Part shown: positions 41,306-51,500 of the stretch, in pieces
Layout of the letters: the number at the start of each line of letters is the position of its first letter
How positions within the stretch are numbered: position 1 is the first letter of the stretch
Source of the DNA: a virus
Direction: 5' to 3' (one strand)
IMG/VR virus record: IMGVR_UViG_3300012176_000002
Span: 53,474 to 117,473 of that record
Length of the DNA stretch: 64,000 bases
The notes under the pieces: generated by a model
Database searches by the model: none
What the model saw: only the letters and a program-made list of their open reading frames with translations
What the model was told of the DNA's origin: nothing
Position numbers and translations under genes: made by a program

Positions 41306-42758
41306 AAGTCAAAATTGTGCCCAGTATGTAGAAATACATATACCGTGTGCGCTTAAACACGGCACGACAACTATATATGTTAAAGAGTTAGGGGTAACTC
41401 AAGACGTAGGAAAGATTACAATGCTTTTTTGAAAGGAAATGATAATATAAAACATACAATTGAATATATACAAACTATTTTTAATGAATATAATGTTTTT
41501 GTTTTAGAATACATAAACAGCAAAAATATAATAATTATTGATGAAGATGGCTTCAAATACAAAGCGCAATTATACCTTGTAGAAACTAAAAAAAAGCTTC
41601 CGCATAAATTCAGACAAAATCCATTTGTACTAGAAAACATTAATACTTATCTCAATAAAGTAAACTCTAATCTTCTATTATTAAGCAAAAAGTATATTAA
41701 TTGCAAAACAAAATTAGAATTTATTTGTTCACTTCATTCAAATGAGGGGTCTCAATATATTTCCTTAGACGATTTACTTCAGCGTACTGGTTCGTGCAAA
41801 TACTGTTCATATAAAAAACAAGGTGAATCCCAAAGAATAGATACATCAATAATAATTAATAGATGTATTGAATTAAATTTAACTTATGTTGATAGATATA
41901 ATAAAAATCAAGAAACATGTGTTACATTTATTTGTAACAATCATCCTAAAAAAGGGATTCAGCATATTATATGGTGCCATCTTAAAACTTGTTCCGTTGG
42001 GTGCTCTTTTTGTGCCGGACGAAATAAAACAACCGAAGATTTTCGGGAGGAAATGAAACATATTAGCCCCGACATTCAAATAACTGGTGAATATGGGGGA
42101 TCTGAAAAGCATGTTGAATGTAAATGTTTGATATGTCAACACGTTTGGCATCCAATTGGAAGAAGTTTAAAAAGTGGGCAAGGTTGCCCTGCGTGTTCAA
42201 TGAGTAAGGGCGAAAGATGTATTTTAAAAATTTTGAATAATTATAATATCCCCTTTTTATCTCAGCATACCTTTAAAGATTGTTCTTATATTGGAAAATT
42301 GAAGTTTGATTTTTATTTGCCGGATCATAATATCCTAATAGAATATGATGGGGAACAACATTTTTTCCCTGTTGATTTTGCCAATAAGGGGCAAGAGTGG
42401 GCTATTCAAAAATATGAGCAAATAAAAATGCGTGATAAAATGAAAGACGATTATTGTGCTAATAACAATATAAGATTAATTAGAATTCCATATACAGAAT
42501 TTGATTTAATTGAAAAAATAATAGAAACAGAAATTATATTTTAAAAAGCATTGTAAAATCCCAAGAGACTGCGGGGCATATGTGGTAACATATATGCTGA
42601 AGTTGTCCTCCCTGTTGAAAAACGAGAGTGATATACAGTCCAATCTCGCAATATAACCCCAAATTATTAAAATGCGAGAGTCGGCCAGAAATGACCGACC
42701 GCTATGTATTAACATAGTCAGTAATCATTTACTAATTCATGATGAAAGTCATAGATTG
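41306..42758 (+). mobile_element. group I intron A in the tape measure gene
   Basis: Exon ends GGT and intron ends G; P7 GACTG/CAGTC; P9.0 AATCT/AGATT before the terminal G; splicing restores MRLRG|AKTELEDAG. Confidence 0.9.
41429..42544 (+). CDS. intron-encoded Vsr/DUF559-like homing endonuclease with N-terminal zinc repeats
   Basis: KGE..I...L, FDFYLP, IEYDGEQH, RD..KD.YC..NNIRLIRIPY; true start may be ATA 41447. Confidence 0.82.
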   Translation: MKGNDNIKHTIEYIQTIFNEYNVFVLEYINSKNIIIIDEDGFKYKAQLYLVETKKKLPHKFRQNPFVLENINTYLNKVNSNLLLLSKKYINCKTKLEFICSLHSNEGSQYISLDDLLQRTGSCKYCSYKKQGESQRIDTSIIINRCIELNLTYVDRYNKNQETCVTFICNNHPKKGIQHIIWCHLKTCSVGCSFCAGRNKTTEDFREEMKHISPDIQITGEYGGSEKHVECKCLICQHVWHPIGRSLKSGQGCPACSMSKGERCILKILNNYNIPFLSQHTFKDCSYIGKLKFDFYLPDHNILIEYDGEQHFFPVDFANKGQEWAIQKYEQIKMRDKMKDDYCANNNIRLIRIPYTEFDLIEKIIETEIIF

Positions 42759-43295
42759 GCAAAAACAGAATTAGAAGATGCCGGACTAGATACAGAAGGC
42801 ATGGCAACATCAGTTGCATCATTAAGAAAAGAACTAGAAGCACTTGCTGGCGTTGACATTATGCTCGACGATGACACGTTCAAAGAAAGTTTTGATATCT
42901 TTGATGGTATTGCTGAAAAGTGGGGCGAGCTAAAAGACATTCAAAAAGCAACGATTACAGAATTAGTCGCTGGAAAACGCCAGGGCAACGTTTTCTCATC
43001 GCTCATGGAAAATTGGGACGTTGCTAAGGAAACTCTTCTTACCTCACAAAATTCTGCCGGAAGTGCAATGAAGGAAAACGAAAAGTTCCTTGAAAGCATG
43101 GACGGTAAACTTGCTCAGTTAAAAGCAAATTTTGAAACACTTTCAACTGGTATTTTTAACTCTGATTTCCTCAAAGGAGCTATTGATGCCGGTTCTGCAT
43201 TTTTAGACGTCTTATCAAAAATAATAGAAGCATTAGGAGTATTCGGAACCATTGGCGCAGGTGCCGGTATTGCGATGCTAGTCAAGAGCTTAGGT
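42759..43295 (+). CDS. tail tape measure protein, exon 2 (179 aa)
   Basis: AKTELEDAG...ELVAGKRQGN...SAGSAMKENEKFLES; ends KSLG. Confidence 0.85.
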
Positions 43296-43779
43296 AGACC
43301 AAAACAGGTCTTGCTTATTTCCGACAGTAAGCGAGCCTACCATAAAGAAGAATATGCTATAACGGCAGCATAAACAACTTTGTGGCATTGCGGCTCTATA
43401 AAAAATAAAGAGGATTAATTGCTGGGATACCAGAATGCCAATCAAGCTACAACGTGGATTTAAATATCGGGCGTGAATGCGGCGAAAGCAGAAAAAATTG
43501 ATTGGATGGCAAAGGGTGAAATAAAAGCGTGATTCTATCGCGTCCCTTAAAGAGCCACTAACAACGGTACGATCAGCAGCCAACCCTACAGCGTTTAGTA
43601 ATACTATATAATCCGGTAGTAAAAGTAGCGCAAGCTATGCCGGGGTAAAAGTATGAATCGTGGGGAAAGTTCAACGAGCACCATTCCTCAGAGTGTATCA
43701 CCGCCTTAGAGTGATATGCTTTTAATGTATGTTCTAAGTGAAACAGTTCAAATGAATCAATAATATAGTTCATAACGGG

Positions 43780-43821
43780 AACAACCACCTCAAACGGCAA
43801 AGTTTAGGATGGTTGTTTTTT
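43780..43821 (+). terminator. terminator-like hairpin inside intron B (may also be a P9 element)
   Basis: AACAACCA...TGGTTGTT followed by a T-run. Confidence 0.55.
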
Positions 43822-43847
43822 GAGTGATTGTATTTTTTATTTCCTAT

Positions 43848-43876
43848 ATTTTAGCACTATGGGAATAGAAAGTCAA
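43848..43876 (-). promoter_or_regulatory. sigma-A-like promoter, antisense into the intron B ribozyme core
   Basis: TTGACT-N17-TAAAAT on the minus strand. Confidence 0.65.
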
Positions 43877-43927
43877 TAGTAGTATTACTAAAATCATGAA
43901 AAATCATAAGAAGGAGAAAGAGAGATA

Positions 43928-44146
43928 ATGGCTGAATTAAAAGTAGTATTCAACAATGTAGTATTCCATGACGAGGAAGGAAACGAAATTGTTTTTAAAC
44001 CAGTTAGAAAGGAAGATGGAAGTTATAGTTTAAAGGGGGATCTGGAAGAGGAAAAGGAAACCCTAGAAAGTCTTGCTTTGAGGATTTGGGAATTGGAATG
44101 TATGGTGTGTGAGCAGCAGTTGGAAATTAGTGAATTAATAAGATAA
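43928..44146 (+). CDS. intron B cargo ORF 1 (72 aa, acidic)
   Basis: AAGGAG SD, ATG start, hairpin downstream. Confidence 0.7.
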   Translation: MAELKVVFNNVVFHDEEGNEIVFKPVRKEDGSYSLKGDLEEEKETLESLALRIWELECMVCEQQLEISELIR

Positions 44147-44284
44147 CGAAAAAGAATAACAAGTCCCCTCTCGTTAAAAGAAGGGGTTTTGCTGTTACTT
44201 AAATCTTATGTATGTCTTTTTTTGTAACAGGGGCAAGTCAATAGTAGTATCAATTAAATTCATAAAAAAAAGGAGAAAGAGATA

Positions 44285-44800
44285 ATGGAAAATAAACAAA
44301 AGTTGGGGTGCAAAAAAGTGATACTGGGGGAATTCATAGAAGAACTTTCAGAAATCATACTTGATTATGCATGTCAGAAAAAAATGACAATATCCAATAT
44401 TGAAGAGGTCTTGGCGATAGTAATAGGTTATATGGAAGATAACGCAACTATGACAGATGATACTCATGCCGTTGATACAATTCTAACAGATTTATGTTCT
44501 GATATCCACGATATTTATGCGGCTTTAGCAGAATTATATAAGGTGACTGATAATACTAGTACCCAATACGCCCAGTTTTTAAAAGAAGCCCCTGCCAACG
44601 CCAAGGAATGCGGAAGCACTATTAAAGACTATATTTCTTTTACCGCAGACTTTGCCAAGCTGAGATATAGCTTGCAAGAGTCATCCATATTGGCGAAATT
44701 AGTAAATTTTTATAAAAACACCGGAGACATTTCCGTCGAAGAGGGAGTCACTAGCACAAAATTTTACCATGAAGAAGGTAAAGAACCAATAAAAATTTAG
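44285..44800 (+). CDS. intron B cargo ORF 2: chimera containing a diverged copy of TMP exon 1 sequence
   Basis: LYKVTDNTSTQYAQF.KEA.ANAKE.GSTIKD...GDISVEEG is shared with exon 1. Confidence 0.75.
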   Translation: MENKQKLGCKKVILGEFIEELSEIILDYACQKKMTISNIEEVLAIVIGYMEDNATMTDDTHAVDTILTDLCSDIHDIYAALAELYKVTDNTSTQYAQFLKEAPANAKECGSTIKDYISFTADFAKLRYSLQESSILAKLVNFYKNTGDISVEEGVTSTKFYHEEGKEPIKI

Positions 44801-44911
44801 TCCCAAAAGTATGAGGGATGGTATAAACTAGAGAACCGCATAATATTTTTAAAGCACAATATTAAATAAGGTGTCCCGCTGCCTATATCCCAAAGGTGGA
44901 GCATTAAAGTT

Positions 44912-44937
44912 AAAAGAGACCGAAATGGTCTCTTTTT
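44912..44937. terminator. bidirectional terminator between convergent cargo genes
   Basis: AAAAGAGACC-GAAAT-GGTCTCTTTT perfect 10-bp stem. Confidence 0.8.
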
Positions 44938-44995
44938 AATTAGAACAAAAAATCAGCAGATTTTTACGGAGGATGCAAGTTGCATCTTCCGTCAA

Positions 44996-45475
44996 TTACC
45001 ACGTATGACCACAACTCTTGCACTTAAAACTCTTATTAATTTTCCTACTAAAAATCCCCAATCCTGCTATTGAAGCTCCGCGTTCCATTGCGCCAATCTT
45101 TTGAACGACATTGCTTCCACAGGTAGGGCATTTTGGGGTTGGGTCGATTGGTTGGGTGAATGCCGGGGAGGTAGGGGTTTGTGTTTCAGGAAGGGGTGAA
45201 GCAAGGGGTGGGCTCAAGTATTCCCATCTAACACCATCGTGTGTGAATTTCGCCTGTTCTCCTCTATGACATCTTTCACAAAATCGTGCTATACACCTAT
45301 ACAAATCTTCCATCATGCTGTATTCCTCATTTCCACATTGTGGGCAAATATAGGATTCGGACAATAAGTTCTTCCACCTACTACTATGATCCTCCCCGCA
45401 TTGAGGACAAAGATCTGTTCCGAAATTTATAAATGAACTACATTTAACGCACTTGATGAAGCCATAAGTGATCAT
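44996..45475 (-). CDS. intron B cargo ORF 3: multi-zinc-ribbon protein (159 aa), antisense
   Basis: Multiple CxxC pairs, C-terminal KCPTCGS...FKCKSCGHTW; GGAGG SD; start moved to MITYG. Confidence 0.8.
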   Translation of the reverse strand: MITYGFIKCVKCSSFINFGTDLCPQCGEDHSSRWKNLLSESYICPQCGNEEYSMMEDLYRCIARFCERCHRGEQAKFTHDGVRWEYLSPPLASPLPETQTPTSPAFTQPIDPTPKCPTCGSNVVQKIGAMERGASIAGLGIFSRKINKSFKCKSCGHTW

Positions 45476-45504
45476 TGATTTTTCCTCCATTTTGTAATAA
45501 GACA

Positions 45505-45533
45505 ATTGTAACATAAATAAAAGAATATTCCAA
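45505..45533 (-). promoter_or_regulatory. sigma-A-like promoter for the zinc-ribbon cargo gene
   Basis: TTGGAA-N17-TACAAT with extended TG. Confidence 0.65.
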
Positions 45534-45539
45534 TACTTG

Positions 45540-48500
45540 TCGATAAAATCTGTCGGAGATATAGCAAGTACTACTAGTCTTATTTCAAATTTAGGGCAAA
45601 ATGTTCAAGCAATCACAATGGCGATGCATGGATTTAGCGCGGCACAGCAAGTTTCAATGATGACTTCCGCTGGACTTGATAGCGCTATTCAAAATCAAGT
45701 TTTATCATTACAAGGATTAAGCCCCGCACAAGTTCATGCTGCGATGTCCAATGCAACTATGGCGACCGCAACAACTACCAATGCCGCAGCTCAAGGATTA
45801 TTGACAAAAGCACTCGGAGCATTGAAGGCTGCCGTTATTGCACATCCAATATTAGCCTTTGCAGCAGCAGTCGGAATTGCATTTGTCGCAGTAGATCTAT
45901 TAACCGAATCACTGTCAGAGGCGCAGGAAAAAGCCGCCGAATCTGCCGAAGCATATGAGAAGATAAAAACAGAAATTCAGCAGATGAACGATGAATTGGA
46001 GACTGCTCGTGACAGAATTAATGAACTAAATGCTAGAGAAAACCTTTCTCTCGTTGAAGAAGCGGAACTAGAAAAATTAAAGGTACAGAACGAATACCTT
46101 GAAAAGCAAATTTCGCTAAAGGAAGCACTGTCGGGCTTTAGCCAAAAACAGGCTATTAGTGACGCGGTAAATGCAGCTGGTAAAACTTCTGAGAAAGCTG
46201 TTGCTTATGAAGGACAGTATTATCGAGCAGACGGTACGACTGGTGACAAGTATGACGACACCTATGGTAGATATGGACTAAATCGCCTAGACTACGTTCA
46301 GTCAAATTTAAATGCAATAAAGACCTACGAGCAAATTATTAATGATCTGCAAAAACAGCAAAATGCGTTAGATAAAGAATCTGAGACTTTCCAAGATGAT
46401 TTTAATGACTTGGATAAACAAATCAACGCACATTTATCCAAAATTGATGAATGGAATGCTGAAGTAGCTTCTGTTATGGGGGAACTTGGTGAAGAGTTAA
46501 GCACTACATTGGAAGCATATCTGAATGATATTTCTATGAGCGATGAAGCTACTCAGATTGTCGAGCAGTACAACTCTCTCATGGATCAGATCCTAGGCGC
46601 TACTAACAGCGCAGTAGATGAAGCCAGCAACAAAACAGATATTATTGACAAGATTTTTGATCAAAAAAAATGGAGCGACGCCCTTTCTGATATGCAATAT
46701 GCATATGGGGCAGGAATCAGTCTTGATGATATATTAGGCGACTTCTTCACAATAAATAAGGACATCTCTACTGTTCTTGATGAAGCAGGGATAAATAAAG
46801 AAGAACTGAGCAAATATCTAAAATCCCTCCTTGCGCCTGATGAAATTGATTTCAATGAGTTAAGAAGTCAGCTCACTACCACTCTTGATCTTGAAAACTC
46901 TTCTCTTGCTAAAAATAAATGGCTTGACTCCAAATCTGACATGCAGATAGAAATTCTATATGGCATTTCTAAAGACAGGGATATATCTACATTGTCTATG
47001 GAAGAACTCGACGCAGAAATTGAGAAGATCCAAAATCAGAAAATATTCATATCCGTTTCTGATGCAGCTGAACAAATAGCGGCAGTTGGCGAAGAGCAAG
47101 AACTTGTCAACAAGATCCTTAGTGAAGGTACTTCTATTGCCGCTGAAGATTATCAGAAGCTTATTGAATATTCGAAAGAATATGAGTCCTGCCTGACGTA
47201 TGAGGGGGACAGATATACTCTAAATCGCAAAGCGCTCAAAGACCTTACAAAAGAGCGTGAGAAAACCCTTAAAACGCAGATTAAAGAAGCTAAAAATAAT
47301 AAGTATCTTGATTATCATAATTTGTCTAAGGAGTTATATGCTCTCACTCGCGACTATTCGAAATATGACGCCAGCAAAGACCGTTCAATCAAAACCACAC
47401 TAGCTCAGTTAAGTAGCCTAGAAGCAGAAATCAATCAATACAGACTTCTAGAGCAACAATTATTGACCGCTTCAAACGCATTTGATAAGTACAAAGAATC
47501 AAAGAATGCGGCTGATTATGGTGATAATTACAATACGTCTAATGACGCCAGAGGATCTTTAAAAGAAGGTTTTGAAACAGGAAAGGTAGGAACGGTAGAG
47601 TTTGAAAGCGCCGTTGACTTACTCGTTCCCGAAGCTGAAATTGATAAGGGCATTTCTGGGATTAAAAAGTACTATGACAAAACAATCAAAAAATATTTCA
47701 CTGATGACAATGACGGTGTTGTTAATTTTATAAACGACGCACTTTCCAAGGGACTGTTCACTGGTTCTCTTAGTGACTTCTTAGTGACTGATGGGAAGGT
47801 ACTAGATGATTTCTGCGAACAGTTAAATATAACCAAAGAAGTTGCGCTTGCCATATTTGGTGAATTGGAAACCTATGGATACGGGCAGAATTTTGATTGG
47901 TTTGATGAACTGTTTAGGGGCTCTGAAGATTCTTATAACGCACTTGAATCCTTGGAAGTTCAGTTACTAAAAACCAAGGCAGAAATGATTAAAAGTGGTG
48001 ATTGGGGCTTTGACGGTGAAAGTAATAGTGCCAAGACCAAAGAAGTCATTGACCGACTTGAAGAAATTAAACAAAAAAAGAAGGAAGTAGCCCTTACTGC
48101 CGCTGATGGTATTATTAACTATGAACAGGACAAGGCGAATCTAGAGAAATTATATCAGGATTATGAAGCTTTACTCGTTCAGATAAACCAATCAGAAGAT
48201 GAAGAAGTAAAAATAAAGCTACAAGCAGAAGCAGATGAATTATATGCACAAATAGAACATTTAGAAAGCCAGCTTACAGAGCCAACCGAAATGAATATTA
48301 CCATTGCGGAAGAAACTTTAACATCTGAACTGGCTAAGTTCAAGAGAGCATCCGAAGATCCTCAATACGCTGCTGCAATTAATATTACTACCGACGAAGC
48401 CCAAGGGAAAGTCGATGAATTTACCCAGAAACTTGAAGCGATAAATCAAATAAAATATGACCAACAAGAATCTGTACTTTATGGGGTGGGGCAAACGGTT

Positions 48501-51500
48501 GATAAAATCAAGTCAAAGATTGAATCAACAAAGGATTTAAACGTCACCACGACTACGGCAATGACTAGGCTGGAGGCGGTCAATAATTATGTAACCGCTC
48601 TTCGTAACAAGATTTCGCTAGGGGCTAGTTTTAAGGTAACGACAACAACTTCCGATCCTGCGAGTGTCAATGGGACGGCACATGCTAGAGGAACTGTTCC
48701 GAAGATTAAATCCGCAAGTTTTGGAAATGGATATTTAGGAAAAGCTTACTCATCTGGCAATTGGGGAATTGGTCGTGACGAAATTTCTCTGACGGGTGAA
48801 CTTGGGCAAGAGATGGTAGTCAGAGACGGCAGATTCTTTACTGTTGGAGACAATGGCGCAGAAATGGTCGGTCTTAAGAAGGGCGATATAGTATTTAATC
48901 ACCTTCAGACTCGTGAACTTTTGTCGAAGGGTTACGTTACCGGACGTGGAAGGGCTTACGCTGAAGGTTCTGCTTATGTTTCCGGTGGTTCTGGAATCAA
49001 TGTAACTGGCGGGACAAGTAGCAAATCTAGTAGTAAGTCCAGCAGTAAATCCAGTAGTAAAACTAATTCATCCGACGATTCAGACGCGTCTAAGAGTTTG
49101 GAAGACTGGATTGAACGTTTTATTGACGCTTTTCAATACGGGGCGAATGCACTTCAAAGACTTGCGAATGATGTCTACCAGAGATACACCGATCAAAACC
49201 CTGTTATCAATCAAATGGTCTCTGACATACATAATTTTGTTCAACTTGAACAGCAAATGTATGATAGATATATGCAACAAGCCAACTCTCTCGGACTGTC
49301 TTCTGATTACGTCCAAAAGATCCAAAACGGCGCAATTGATATTAGTACCATTACTGATGATAATCTAAAAGAAAAAATTTCTGATTATAAGCAGTGGTAT
49401 GACAAAGCGCAAGGTGTGAAAGAAACTATTGCTGAATTAAAAGTTCAGATCAGAGATCTAAATAATCAAAAACTAAGCAACATTGTGGATGATTTTGAAC
49501 AACTAATTGGTCTCAGCAAAAGCTTGATTTCAGTACAGGAATCATACATTAAGTTAATTGAGGAGTCAGGGAAACGTGTTGTTGAAAATGATTATACGGT
49601 TCTTATTGGAGAGGAAGCCAATACCCTAAGATATCTAAATGCACAGTTCGCAACGCTAAACGCTGAATATAACTCCCTTGTAGCAGCCGGTGCTCTTGAT
49701 ATAGATGACTTCATCAAGTGGAAAACGGTTCTTACTGATATCAAAGAGGAAATCTACCAATCGCAAATAGCATTAGAGCAATATAAGAATTCGATCCGCG
49801 AAGTTCGGTGGGAACCGTTCTTATCTGGCTTGGACGGTCTTGATAATGCAAACGATGCTCTGGACGATATGATGACTCTTTTGGGCAATAGTGGACTGTT
49901 TGATGAAACCAACATTTCATCCATCGGGAAGACCAAATTAGGCTTGCTAAGTCAACAGCTTGTGAACAACAAAAAGATGGCAGCGCAGTATAAAGAAGCC
50001 ATTAACACTCTTGCCAAAGAACTCAAGAATGGAACAATCACCCAGAAGGAATACGATGAAGAATTACTGAAATATCAAAAACTGCAACGTGAAGCTGCCA
50101 TTGCTACCAAAGAAAGCAAAGATGCAATAATCAGTTTAATAAAAGATGGAATTGACAAAGAAACTGAAGCATTCAACAAACTCATCGCAGCTAAAAAAGA
50201 GGCCCTGTCTCAAGACAAGAAAAATGATGAGTATGCTAAAAAGGTAAATGATAAGCAAAAACAAATCAATGCAATCCAAGCTCAACTTGCAGGATTAGAG
50301 GGCGATAACTCCGCAGAGGCAATTCAAAAGAGAAAGAAATTAAATTCTCAATTGAGTACTCTGAATGAGGAATTGCAGGAAATTCGTAAAGACAGGGAAA
50401 TTGAAACTTTAGAGCAAACTTATGATGACGCACTTGAATTATTTGAAGAATATCAAGAAAAGATAAAAGATGAGTTAGACTATAATCTTGATTTGAGAGA
50501 TAAAGAAATTGCTAATATGCTCATCACGACAAAATCCAGCTATGATGAAATATTCGGTTATTTGCAGGATCTATCAGATAATTACAACGTGGCTCTGACG
50601 GACAGTATTACTAATCCATGGAAATCTGGCACAGCAGCCGCTCAAAATTATTATGATGCGGTAAATAAGATTTCCGGTGTATCATCTGGAATAGATACCG
50701 CTCCGGTTAGCACGACATCCTCTAATGAGTCAAGCATTCGGCAGCTATACTCTTCTCTTCTGGGGAGAGACGCCGACAAGACTGGACTGGAACATTTTCT
50801 AAGTATGATGGATTCAGGGACGACGCTGGATCAAGTAAAGTCGGATATTTTGAATTCAAGTGAATACAAAATCAAAAGTCTTTATAAAAGCGTTCTTGGG
50901 CGCGATGCTGATGCTGTAGGGTTACAACATTGGACGAATGCCCTGAACAGCGGCGCTTCTTTATCTGAGATTGAATCAGCAATGCGTATGTCCGATGAGT
51001 TCTGGAAGAGGTCGAGCGAATTTGTGACGGGACTATATAAGGATGTTCTAGGTCGTAGTCCTGATTCTGCGGGACTGAATACTTGGCTACAAGCTATGCA
51101 GAAAGGAATGTCTAAAAAGGAAGTTGAAAGGTCATTCTACAATTCTGCGGAATTCCAGAATAAATATTCCGGTAAGTCCAATCAAGATTATATAACTGCT
51201 TTATACAGCAAGATCCTAAACAGATCCCCTGATTCTGGCGGGTTGTCAACATACTTATCTGCACTGAATAGTGGCAAACCTCGTTCTTATGTTGTTGATG
51301 CGTTACTATATTCGGATGAGTTCAAGAAGCTAAAGGGTTATGCGAAAGGAACGATTCGAGTTCCAAAAACCGGTGTTTATAAAACCCAAGAAGAAGGATT
51401 GGAAGCTATAATTGGTAGTGGGGGACTTGTCACTCCGCTAAATAAGGGAGACACTGTATTTACAAACCCTCAAACGATGCAGCTATGGGATATGTCGAAA

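Larger units (their letters stand above)
43296..45539 (+). mobile_element. group I intron B in the tape measure gene, carrying non-endonuclease cargo genes
   Basis: AATTGCTGGGA (43417), GATCAGCAGC (43571), P7 GAGCA/TGCTT, P9.0 AA(T)GTAT/ATACTT before G45539; splicing joins KSLG|SIKSVG in frame. Confidence 0.8.

Noticed and set aside
41306-41356. C-terminal tails KSKLCPVC... (to 41356) and RPKQVLL... (43296-43373) as real protein ends
   Set aside because: Both are read-through into intron sequence past the predicted splice sites
42672-42758. ORF-track N-terminus MRESARNDRPLC... of the 42672-43373 ORF
   Set aside because: It lies in the 3' end of intron A; the true exon starts at 42759
43573-43800. 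75-aa minus-strand ORF downstream of the antisense promoter
   Set aside because: No SD, it overlaps conserved ribozyme elements, and it has no recognisable motif
45540-45542. Alternative in-frame 3' splice site at G45542
   Set aside because: The P9.0 pairing ends immediately before G45539, which favours that site; not fully excluded without RT-PCR
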